This document shows, piece by piece, positions 1 through 10,594 of a stretch of 64,000 nucleotides of DNA. This DNA comes from Fimbriosthenelais zetlandica (Eukaryota): the NCBI GenBank assembly GCA_977030845.1, contig OZ365109.1:6696001-6760000 (forward strand), in the 5' to 3' direction. The position numbers were made by a program, and so were the translations under genes. Positions within the stretch are counted from its first letter, which is position 1, and each line of letters opens with the position of its first letter. The notes under the pieces are model-generated. The model had not been told where the DNA came from. It saw nothing but the letters and a program-made list of their open reading frames with translations, and searched no databases.

Positions 1-971
1 TTTAGCCTCACGCCCTTACACCATGCCTGCATGAGGGGAAATGTACCGGTCAGTTTCTTCCAACAATTTTCAATGAATATACCTAATAAATTTGATAAAA
101 TTGGAATGTGACGTTCATCCCTACATAGCCTATAATACATTATGTGTATTCTATATTGAGGTCTCGTGTACTACCAGAAAATAAAGGTTCTACGAAGTTT
201 ATAATTATATGAACCAAACGAGATCTATTTATGAAGCATATAAGACTTAATTATTGTCTCTCGTTTTGAGAAAATTCATGTACCTGTTCTGATTGCAGAT
301 TGTTGCTTCTTTGGTTGACAAAGGCGCAAACCGTTCAGCATTAGACCACAAGCAAAGAAGCATTGATAACATTGCGGCACTTAATGAACATGGGGCAATC
401 CTTGAATACCTTGGCTCCGGGTCACTTGTGGCATCGACAAGGGTAAGATAAATCATCCACTTTTTCTCCAAAATTGAATGATTTAATGATAGATAGATGT
501 GCAATATATAATTATGGAACATTAATATACTTGTATATACTTTTGTATTCTCCAGTCTTTCGTTCAGGCACATATTGCGCCACTCATGGACTCGTTTAGT
601 GAGGAAGAAATAAATCGTCAGTTAAACCTGGGACAGGATATTAAACAATACATAAGGCGTATATGTAAGCTAGCTTCCGCCTAATATTATATTTTGTAAT
701 AATTATAAATTTGTAATCTTTCAAATTGACTATGATTATAGGCCTATGGGATATACGAGTTTTGTAATATCTCTCGGTTACTAATTCGGCATTTATTTCT
801 ATAGGAATATCTCTTACGTCTCATAATACGTCTCATATCATGTTACTTGCATTTAAAATCATTATGTTGTTCTCTTTTGCAGTAAGAGACTTGAATTCAG
901 ACATCAACACCTTCCTGTTTGATGTTCTACATGCCGGACCAGTCATGGAAGAAACAGAGTCAGAAAGTTAA
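1..971 (+). CDS. 3' end of an ankyrin-repeat protein gene (5' part lies upstream of the window); exons 1-48, 299-442, 556-664, 883-971
   Basis: Spliced translation FSLTPLHHACMRGNVP|IVASLVDKGANRSALDHKQRSIDNIAALNEHGAILEYLGSGSLVASTR|SFVQAHIAPLMDSF...IRRI|LRDLNSDINTFLFDVLHAGPVMEETESES*. It has a canonical TPLH-A---G----V--L---GA ankyrin repeat, GT-AG introns and consistent phases (0,0,1). Confidence 0.8.
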
Positions 972-2146
972 GGTGCGGGAGGGGCGTAGGTTGCTGACTA
1001 TATTACATCTTGGTCGACCAGCGGGTCATCGGTCTTCATTTGTAATTTACAATAGAGCGGTATCAAGGTTAAACCTTAAACTTGTAGGGCCTATATACAT
1101 ACCTCACAATTTTATCACGGTCGGATTTAGAGGATATATATATCTCGTGGATCAGCAGGAGGACCCGATTGAGTAGCTCAGTTGGAGAATTATTTATAGT
1201 TGACTGGAGGCTGGCTGCAGAGTTCTGGTGTGGATGCATGCTTTGGTTCCTAATCAAGGGGCGTTGGCTAGGAGTAGGTGAGAAGGGCCAATCTAGCTGG
1301 AGATCCATACTGAAGAGTTCATGTTGAAGATTTATCTGAGACAAAGATGCGCTCTCCTTTTACACCTGAGATAGCATGCGGTCAGCTACTATATTTAACT
1401 CTTGAATGACTCCACTGATTATCACGACATCGGCGCACACACCGATGGAGACGGTTGCCACCGAGTGGTTGTACCCGGGGGGTTGTACATAACCAACGAT
1501 GACTAACCAACGAGCTTCTTTCTATAACTCGTTGGTCTAACGGTCCAAATTATGGTTTTAGTTGCATATTACTAAGAGATCCGTTTTGCTTCAGGGATTC
1601 AGAAAAATGAATTGATTTTTGCATGCTTCAGGAATTTATTGAACAATTAGAAAAGTCATCTTCTCCTTGTAAATTACATAACGTTTAATTAAGGGCTGCT
1701 GATACAAGATGGCAACCAAATCGAATGGGCTGAGATTCTCTCAACAAACCATAACCACCTGACTATAAATACATCAAAAAACCAAGGCAAGATCATCGCT
1801 AATAAAAGGAATCTTGAAATATGTAGGGCAGACTCAGACTTTATGTCAATAGGGAAGGCATTGATTTAGTTAACACATTTGATTATTTAGGTGTTAGGCT
1901 GGACAGAACTTTACAATTTAACGATGCCATTAAAAACTTAATTAAATTAAGAAGTAATTATATTTATTTATACTCTCTCCTGAGGACGTCCCTTACTAGC
2001 TGTGTTGAGAAAGATTATAAGGGTCTAGTACTACCACTTATTCATTAGGGTATATGTAACCAAGCAAAACGTAGCGTTGTTAACGTCATTTTCGTCATGA
2101 TATAAAGACAAAATGTCCCAAGGAGGTACCTCGAGAGGTATACCAG

Positions 2147-2213
2147 CGGCCTGTTTCAGAACAACCGTTACCAATGCTAAGTCTATGAGAAATCTGTGCA
2201 CTGAAACGGGCCC
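2147..2213. mobile_element. 67-bp PIF/Harbinger-like mini-MITE (gggcctgtttcag...ctgaaacaggccc family, CAG target site)
   Basis: Inverted termini cggcctgtttcag / ctgaaacgggccc; same length as, and similar to, the copy at 8567-8633; left flank CAG. Confidence 0.65.
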
Positions 2214-3069
2214 CGGGGCACAAGTTTTGGTTGCCTAAAGGTACATCCTGCAGCCTGCATATTTTTATCAGCCCGTGAACCTGTGTCCTTATAACACCTG
2301 CGTGCAAGAGAAGGGGTATAATTTGGATATCACACACATAATCTTGAGTCTAAATGTATAAATTTATTCTAGTATTCTATGTTATTAGAATGTAAATAAA
2401 ATATGTAAATAAAATTTGTGAATTCTTATGTCTTATCAAGAAATTGTCAAGTCGTATAATATGCGAATATATAAGCTTTAATATACTCGCATATATACAG
2501 CTTGACAATCACTTAAGGGATTTTGCAAACCATAAACCCGCACGCTGGATTTTACTGTCAGTTAAGCCTTGTCTGCACTGCCACGACAAAAACCTGTCGT
2601 GAGGGTCACGACAGTGTCGTCACTGTCTGTCGTGACAGACGATACGAGGCTATGAGAGTGAAGCAGGCTTTTTGTTAGCCTAAGTAAAGATTATCATTTT
2701 TACATGCATAATATAGGCCGATATTTGTAATCTTTACGGATAAGATTGTTTGACACAGTGACCTTTTTGCTCACTGATATACGGTGAGAATGATATAGAA
2801 ATTTGTGTGCACTATAATATTAAATACTCAACTGGGCACAAACTACTTTCCGGACTAAGGCTATAGATCTATACAAATATTATTTGGGTAAGGTGTTTCT
2901 GTATGTCCTCTCATGTATAGAGTCCATTAGATTGTATTAATACTTTCACTCAATCATTAATTCTTTAGACTGCAATATAATAATACAAATATTACAAATG
3001 TGTATCAAACAGCAATAAACGAAGTTGATAATAGATTGTTAATACTGGATGCTTATACGTTTTAACAGA

Positions 3070-6000
3070 ATGGCAGGAAGGAGATATGGCGAGTCAGTCC
3101 AAGATTATCCCGCACCTTTCACGAAGGTCCCAATAGTGTCAGGACCTAAAAAGGCGGGCATGTTGACAGATCAACAACTAAAACAATTTTTTGAAGAGGT
3201 ATATCTTAGCCTACTTCTTTATTCCAGGTTCTAATAATTTTAGATAAATATTGGTCATTTTTTAGCTGATCCACTCAAAACATGTCATGAGTCTCTAACT
3301 TATTAATATTCATTGTCATTTTTTTTCAGATCCGCTCAGATTTAGAACCATTATTTTAGCTTTTATGCGATCGGTATAGATATTTGTTCATAATATTTTC
3401 TTGCAAACACATCCTGAATTATACATTATGTATCAAACAAAAAATAAAAACATTTGCAGGGGTATGTGGTGGTGAGAGACTTTTTTCACCGTCAAGAACT
3501 GGAACCCTGTTTAGAAGCTGTGGAGAAAATGGTGGATGATCTGGCACACAAACTGGAAGCTGCTGGCAAGATCAGCAACCTCCACGAGAAGGAGGGAGTC
3601 TTCAGTAGGCTGACCAAATTAGAGGAAGACTTCCCTGGCGCCAGTATTCTTCTCTTCAAACAGGGACAACTGCCCAAGGTTTCTACACGCGTAGCCCACC
3701 AAAATATTTAAACATCTTTACAGTGTCACCCTGTACTGTAGCCTACATGCATATAGCTTGTTCGAGAGTGAAGTGATCATAATTTGAATATATATGCAGT
3801 AACATGTACATGAATTTGGTGCAGAATTTCACTGACGCAATAGTTGGAGAAAATTGAGATTTCAAATGGTTAAAATCAACATCATTTTAATGATAGGAAT
3901 TCATGGATTTGTGGAGCAATGAACGGCTCCTAAATATGGTAGAGCAGCTGATAGGGCCGGAAATAGCTGGACATCCGGTGTGGAACCTGAGAGTCAAACC
4001 ACCAGTCAAGGACCCCGCACTGGACACGATGACAGTTCCCTGGCATCAAGGTTTGAAAATAAGGCCTAACATTTTACATATTTTAACAGGATATGATCTA
4101 GAAATAAAGTTATTAAAATTATAATAAAAGAATCAAGAAAGAGATACGGATCAAAATTCTTATTGCAGATTCAGCATATTTTTCTGAAGATTCATATGAT
4201 CATATGGTTGTCACCACATGGATACCTTTTCTTGACACTCATGAGGAAAATGGTGGCATGCAGGTCGGAATAACTTCATTTCCTAAAATGTTCATGTTTA
4301 ATTACTATGAAATGGTATCATCGGTATTGCTTTAGAATCCCAATTTTATATAAATAAACCGGCCCTTTTTGCTTAAAGTTTAAACTTTGTTTATTAGGTG
4401 GTGAAAGGTGGTCAGCGCAAAGGTCGCGTCGCAAGACATACTTGTTGCGTGGATGACACATGGTTTGTGTCACTCTCGGAAGAAGACATGGAAACATCAC
4501 TTGGTGAATCTAATTTCCCAATTCAATCCATATATCATTAAGGCCTACTCTTTCAATTGAAAGCTAGCATAATGTCTCCATATATTTTAGAAGATACAAG
4601 CTAAATTTGTGGCCAATATAATAAATATAAATTATACATTTTCCTACAGATGTGGACGTGAAGAAGGATACTGTGATGTGTAATGTCCCATTTGGGGGAT
4701 TTCTGTTATTTAATAACTTGACCCCTCATAGGAGGTATGTAATATGTCTCATTATAGGAAATTATGTTCATTACAAGAGTCCTATACATAATCCTGGGCT
4801 AAGTCCAATTTTAATAGATACATATATCATGTAGGTACGTGTACATACCATTAATTCTTATTTCTTTCATACGAATGTTTGGATTTTCGTTGAAAGATTT
4901 ACATTTAGCACTATGGCTATATATGGTTTGACATGGCTATGGTTAACCAAAATATACTTTGGCAGCACCATGGTTTTAATATGACTTAGTATTGCCAAAG
5001 TACTTTGGCAACAAGAACTAGGGTTTAACATTGCTATGCTTATTACCAAGTACTTTGGCACCAAAGGCGATGGTTTAACATGGCTATATGGTTATTACCA
5101 AAGTACTGTGGTATCAATTAAGAACTCATGTTTTACATTTCTCTATTATATATAAGTGCATGTTAGTGCTTTGTTATTACCAATAAGAACCATGATTGCT
5201 TTAGATTGATTCACCATTACCAATTACTTTATCATAAGGACATCATTTTATATAGTAATATTATTAGACCCTTGGTAGAAGGTTAGGCGAACCATGATTT
5301 ACCATAGCTTAATCTAAAATGAATGCATGCACTCACCTGACTCCATCGGGAATTTCCATGCAGTGCCCCACGATGTTTCTTCCTGTAGTTGTTAGAGGTA
5401 TCCATACACTCGATCAGTACACGGCATTTTGGCGACTTTTCTCTGCTTCTAGAGGCCTCATAGCTCGAAATTTTGTTGCCTATACCTCCATCTTGCCCAG
5501 TAGTTTTGGCGCCATTTGAGCAGGAAATGAAACTAGGTCACTTCCGGCTACTAACCTTCTGATTGGTACGTTGGCAATAGTATTCTGCCCATCGGCTACC
5601 AAAGTCTATTCCTATTGGTGCTTTGGAGAGTCTGTTAGTCTTTTCGAGGCAAAGTACGTACTTTGGCGGCAGCCACTTGGGTGGCCAAGGGGGCTGTGCA
5701 CATTCCAAATTCATGTTATTTTCTATTTTTACATTTATCTTTTGGACTTTCCAGTATGCCGAATGTGTCTGATAAAGTGCGATGGAGCGTTGATCTCAGA
5801 TGGCAGTCTCCAAAGGAGAAGTGGGGATTTTACAACATCGCTCCTGGCGTCTCCATGCGATCTGCCGCTGAACCTAACATCAAGCCTGACTGGGAGAAGT
5901 TCCTGGCAATTAACAGGAAAGAAGTGTGGCAGAAACGTTTTTATAAGCAGGTAGGTAGTAGGCCTACGATGTTAGCTAATAATGTTATTGTAGATCGTAA

Positions 6001-6943
6001 TGGATATCATTTTTATATCAAATTGGCTATTAATAATTATTAGTGTTCATTATGAAAATATAATATATAACTCTGACATAGTTATATATTATATCAATTA
6101 TTAATAATTATATAAAATATAACAAACCCATCCCGAAGAATTGTGACACTTGTCAAATACATTTTGGATTTTTACATAGGTAGGCCTATACTGTTATAGC
6201 CTAGAAGTATTTGATACAGTATATTTTACATTACGCGCATGAGAATTGATTTCTTGTTTCCGGTTACATTTCAAAAGAGGGTAGGTAGGTCGGGTTTTAA
6301 TTTATTTCTAAATAAATTTCTATGGACCTTTCGACAGGGTCGGTAGGCTTTAAAAAGGTTATTTCTTTATTTACGCACTAAATTACCTAACAAAATTCTG
6401 ATGTTGCGTGTGCATAGTCACCAATAGACAAATTGCCCTCTAGATCACTTTTCTGTCTTATGATTTGTGGCACAAACAGGTAACTCCACCATGAAATGTA
6501 AATTATTTCTACGAAAAAGGTGATTTGGGGCGGGCGGTCTTTCCATTTCAATATCACAAAAGAAATCATCAGGGTCGGGGATTTTGGTGAGTCTGGTAAG
6601 GTCGGAGGAAAAATAATTTATTTCTGCCAACATGACAGAAATCTCTAGGTCGGGTTGTTTTCATAGGGTAGGGCGGGTAACCGGAAACAAGAAATCAATT
6701 CCGATGCGCCTTCCGTATGGTATTGTAGGAGATATTCTATAATTTCCACATAATGTCGCACATGATTTTGTTATAATTATACCGGTACTCATATCAAGTA
6801 AGCAATAGGCGTACAAAAATTTTCTCTTTCAGGTTCCTAAATATGACCCTTTTGACACAACTGTAACTGGCCCATGGATTGGACGCTGGGAAATTGTAAA
6901 TGAGAATCGCCATACACAAGCCTTTGTTAATGCTCTCAAATGA
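3070..6943 (+). CDS. Phytanoyl-CoA dioxygenase (PhyH)-family 2OG-Fe(II) oxygenase, 364 aa; exons 3070-3198, 3460-3678, 3897-4050, 4169-4263, 4398-4503, 4650-4734, 5755-5950, 6833-6943
   Basis: All 7 introns are GT-AG with matching phases; 1095 nt ORF. PhyH hallmarks: LTDQQLKQFFEEGYVVVRDFF, facial triad WHQD...PHRS, TWIPFLD--EENGGMQVVKGG, and distal R in SDKVRWSVDLRW. Confidence 0.93.
4911..5112. repeat. Degenerate tandem repeat in PhyH intron 6 (units containing ccaaagtactttggca / ggtttaacatggctat)
   Basis: About 4 degenerate units visible; related motifs (tctgattggtactttg, ccaaagtactttggca) recur at 5558-5690 and 16130-16415. Confidence 0.5.
6234..6710. mobile_element. Non-autonomous DNA element (MITE) in PhyH intron 7, 33-bp TIRs
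   Basis: Left gcgcatgagaattgatttcttgtttccggttac matches the reverse complement of right gtaaccggaaacaagaaatcaattccgatgcgc with 2 mismatches. Flanks tta / ctt suggest a decayed TTAA-type target (Kolobok-like; superfamily uncertain). Confidence 0.7.
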
Positions 6944-7127
6944 GCATCAAATGTCACATGTCATACGAGTTGGACCTACAATCTTCAGTTTATTTTCAGA
7001 ATTAAAGTCTGATAGTTATTTCCTGAGATTGACAAATTAAACAATATTATATCTCGTGGTTTATGCCACTACAATGCTATGTGGTTAGTTGATAGGCCAC
7101 ATACAAATCAAGACCGATAGGTGACTA

Positions 7128-7299
7128 CACACCCCAACCAAAAGTTTGGACCGCTTTCCATCCATAGGTCTACAGCATAAAGATCAAGTTGAACTTATGA
7201 AGCTATGAAAATTTGTGAGAACTTCTTCATAAGTTCAACTTGATCTTTATGCTGTAGACCTATGGATGGAAAGCGGTCCAAACTTTTGGTAGGGGTGTG
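7128..7299. mobile_element. Tc1/mariner-like foldback MITE: 75-bp arms, 22-bp spacer, TA target duplication
   Basis: Arm 7128-7202 is the reverse complement of 7225-7299 with 1 mismatch; TA at 7126-7127 and 7300-7301; terminus CACACCCC-ACCAAAAGTTTGGAC resembles Tc1-type TIRs. Confidence 0.85.
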
Positions 7300-7932
7300 T
7301 ATATGCCAGTAATAAACTCGAGGCAACGTCATTATAAGCGTGAATTATATTTCAAAATTTACGGTGTCTTTTTGTGTCAATAATCTTGTAAACTGACCAT
7401 GGTGTGCTAAGTATATTACTTATGACACGGGTTTGAATTGTGGAGCTTGACTGTGTTTATCAGAGTGACCCATTGTACTAAGCCAACGAAGCAAAAAAAA
7501 GAACCTTCGCTTAAGCGTTTGCATCCAATTCTGGGTCTGGTTTTTCTATGGACAAAGCTACATCTAGCCTACGAGTTTCTGCGCGACACTGCCGTCGTTA
7601 CACTTTGCATCAACTTGCAAAGTGTACAAAGAACTTGTGTTATATTCTAGTTTTCTCCTAATATTAATTTTCCCTCAAAAGGTCTATTACCATCTGTTCT
7701 CCTACAGTGTATGTACAAGCCTGTAACCTTACATCATATGAGCATGACTCATTCTTTAAACCTTGTTTTGTCTTGTGCCCTAAAAAAAAGAAAGACTATA
7801 TGCACAGGCCAGTAGTGCTTGGACTGTACTCCTATGTGTTTGTTCCTTCATCGCTCCGTATATACTCAATAGGATAATTAATCATTAAGAGACATATTAA
7901 TCCAAAATATAACACTTGCTCATAGAAATTTG

Positions 7933-8049
7933 TCAACAAGGGTCAACGAGAGGGCCAACTATCGTGAAAAGCTATCGTAAGCTGGCACAGACACGGTCCT
8001 TGTGCTAGGTTTTCACGATAGTTGGCCCTAGCTCGTTGACCCTCGTTGA
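7933..8049. mobile_element. Small foldback/MITE with ~38-bp inverted arms
   Basis: tcaacaagggtcaacgagagggccaactatcgtgaaaa vs reverse complement of ttttcacgatagttggccctagctcgttgaccctcgttga. Confidence 0.6.
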
Positions 8050-8164
8050 ATATATTATATTAAGAGATTTCTGCAAGCTTCGCTAACTTTATGAGTATAT
8101 AAAGGACAGGAGACATGTTCCTTTGTCATCTTCATCCACCTGATTAGGTATTGCTTCTGTTTAT

Positions 8165-9564
8165 TTAGACTTCATAAACCACTGCGTAGGAGGAATGCTT
8201 GATGCAATACATATTGATGGAAGGTGGATGAGCGTGATTATTATTTACATAGAGGAAACCACCCAAATTGTCGGTTGTTGGCAGTGGTATCCAAACTGAG
8301 ATGTCTCTAATTGAGGTTGAACCACTGTCATCCCAGATTTTTTTCTGCTGAATACATCCTTCCACCAATGTCTTAAGCACGCACCTAAACTTTTCATCTA
8401 GGTCAGGTCCAGGTTTGTCCAACCTGTGATCAGGATAGAACACGTCACCAACGTACTGATAATCTGAAATAAAACAAATTATATAATTCTAATATATGCT
8501 AATATATATTATATGCTTACAATTATGCTTTGCTTGAGGCTTGTGACTATGTTTAGCCTACTCCAGGGGCCTGTTTCAGAACAACCATTAGCAATGGTAA
8601 GTCTATGGGGAATTTCTACGCTGAAACAGGCCCCAGGTCTTCGATTGAAGGCCCCAGTGAGGGTTTACTACATGTCTATACATCTACACGATATGTCTAA
8701 CCTTTTGGACAAATTGGCCTCCAGGCTGATCCGTCGTGAATATTTGTCCCAGCTGTGTCATCCCAGATAAATGTGAAGCCATCAGCTGGAGCAAGGGCAC
8801 CATTGCCAACAACTGATTCTTTGAAGGCCATAATTGGTTCGCTAAGTTCGTCATGGTTTGGCTGTCCCCGCTGACCCACTACCTTCCACTCCTTAGATGG
8901 AAGACTTGGCTCATAGCAGATGAAATCCTTGCTGATTGAGAAATGATATAAAATGTTTAATTGTTCATTCCGCCCTGGGCTGCATCAGGGGCCTGTTTCA
9001 AAACAACCAATAGCAATGGTAAGTCTGTAAAAGGGCGCGCATGTCCCCCCCCCCGTTTTCAGATTCCTGGGGGGGGGACATGAAATTGATACCGCAGCAT
9101 GAGAGTTCCTCCGAAATAGTGCCCTTAACATAATAAATGATCTTATAAAATAAATATTCCCGCGGATTCCCCCAGACTTGTGCACTTACCTTGCCGTTCC
9201 AAATCTGTCCGACCACACGCGATGACCCGTTCCTGCTTCGTTAGTATAGGCTTTCAACATAGTATCCTGTTTGTATACAACATAGAATACCAGTATGTGA
9301 TTTACATTGTAAAATAATAGCAACAAAATTAATCATAAATTAACATTGTCCACAAAGGTATTCTATACATTGAAGTTTCATACACTGATGATTTCGAAAA
9401 ATATGACCTACTCTATTAACTATTTGGCACATCTAATTTCCAGGTCCTAACCCAACAATGTAAGAAACTTTCACAATTATACGGTCAAAAGAAATATTAA
9501 ATATTATTACAGCGTAAGTGGATGCTGAAAGCATGCCGAAAATGAGGACGAAGGCTATCCACAT
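8165..9564 (-). CDS. Paralog A: secreted Vps62/DUF946 (beta-tripod-like) three-repeat protein, 219 aa; exons 9564-9511, 9266-9190, 8931-8702, 8463-8165
   Basis: Spliced: MWIAFVLIFGMLSASTYA|DTMLKAYTNEAGTGHRVWSDRFGTAS KDFICYEP...GFTFIWDDTAGTNIHDGSAWRPICPKDYQYVGDVFY...KIWDDSGSTSIRDISVW...GGFLY...YCIKHSSYAVVYEV*. GT-AG introns with phases 0,2,1. Hydrophobic 18-aa N-terminus ends in an STYA cleavage-like site. Confidence 0.85.
8567..8633. mobile_element. 67-bp PIF/Harbinger-like mini-MITE in paralog A intron 3, CAG target duplication
   Basis: cag|gggcctgtttcag...ctgaaacaggccc|cag; perfect 13-bp TIRs and 3-bp CAG duplication. Confidence 0.8.
8989..9026 (+). mobile_element. Solo left end of the gggcctgtttcag MITE family
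   Basis: cag|gggcctgtttcaaaacaaccaatagcaatggtaagtct; no matching right end nearby. Confidence 0.6.
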
Positions 9565-10055
9565 TGTGAATATTAAGAATGATGTGCAAAATCTAGCAGC
9601 GCTGACAGACGAATATTGAGCTGCTGCAAATATCGAGCTACATATGTATGTATTGTATACTAAATACGTAAATTATGTAGAGTGGATCATGAGTGATCCA
9701 ACTTGGAGGTGGGGGGGGGGTATATTTCCGATAATTAACCCGTCGAAGAGAAAGAAAAAATATTCATACACCAATTGTGAAATTGTCATACTGTTTGGAT
9801 TTGTGTTATCCGTTTTACAATAAATTTATGATTTAGGAACCCCATTTCCTAGCATCATTTCTGGGAGATGGATATCGATTTTAAGAGAAATGCCATTTAC
9901 ATACCCACCCACTTTAATTTTCCATTCAGGCTAGTTATTTGAGATAATTATGGTGAGAAAAATGAAGCATGTTAAGGATGGATATCATATCTTAGATGAC
10001 CCGGGACCATTCCCGACAGTGACAGGTGCCATTAATTCACTCTACGCATGCCTAT

Positions 10056-10308
10056 TGGCCCGTGTCCACGAGGCGACAAAATACACATTTTTTGTAGCTG
10101 AGCGCCAAAAATGCTGTCGCTGGCTTTTGTAGCTGTATGAAAAAGACACAAATTATTGATGAACAAAATGATTACCAATAGAAAGTCGCTACGTGAGCCT
10201 GATTTCTCAGCGAATTAGTGCTTAATTAGGTCGGCGCCAATGTTAGGGTCATCAAAAGTTAATTAGGTCATGTCGCTGACAATTTTGTCGCCTCGTGGAC
10301 AAGGTCCA
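10056..10308 (+). mobile_element. 253-bp PIF/Harbinger-like MITE, copy 1 (between paralogs A and B)
   Basis: TIR tggcccgtgtccacgaggcgacaaaa; near-identical to 10901-11153 and 15766-16018; flanks tat/taa; right TIR has 2 substitutions. Confidence 0.88.
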
Positions 10309-10594
10309 TAAACAATTAAAAAGATATATGAACGAGCCCATGGCAAGTTTTGAGCCATGTATCAATGACCCACATATTATATTTACATGTATACTATTAA
10401 GAAACCTACCCCTGAAAATGATACCAATACGGTTAAATATTGATAAGAAATGTTATAATGCAAAATCACAATGTTATCAAACAACGTAGGCCTACGTCGG
10501 GGAAAAGACCACCTGTCGGCCCCTCTCTATACATAACTCAGGGTCAGATTTCGACGCAGCAGGCCTTATATTCAGACTGAAACCGTGTTTCATA

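Noticed and set aside
1069-1344. 91-aa minus-strand ORF downstream of the ankyrin gene
   Set aside because: No recognisable homology or consistent exon chain; probably 3' UTR/intergenic.
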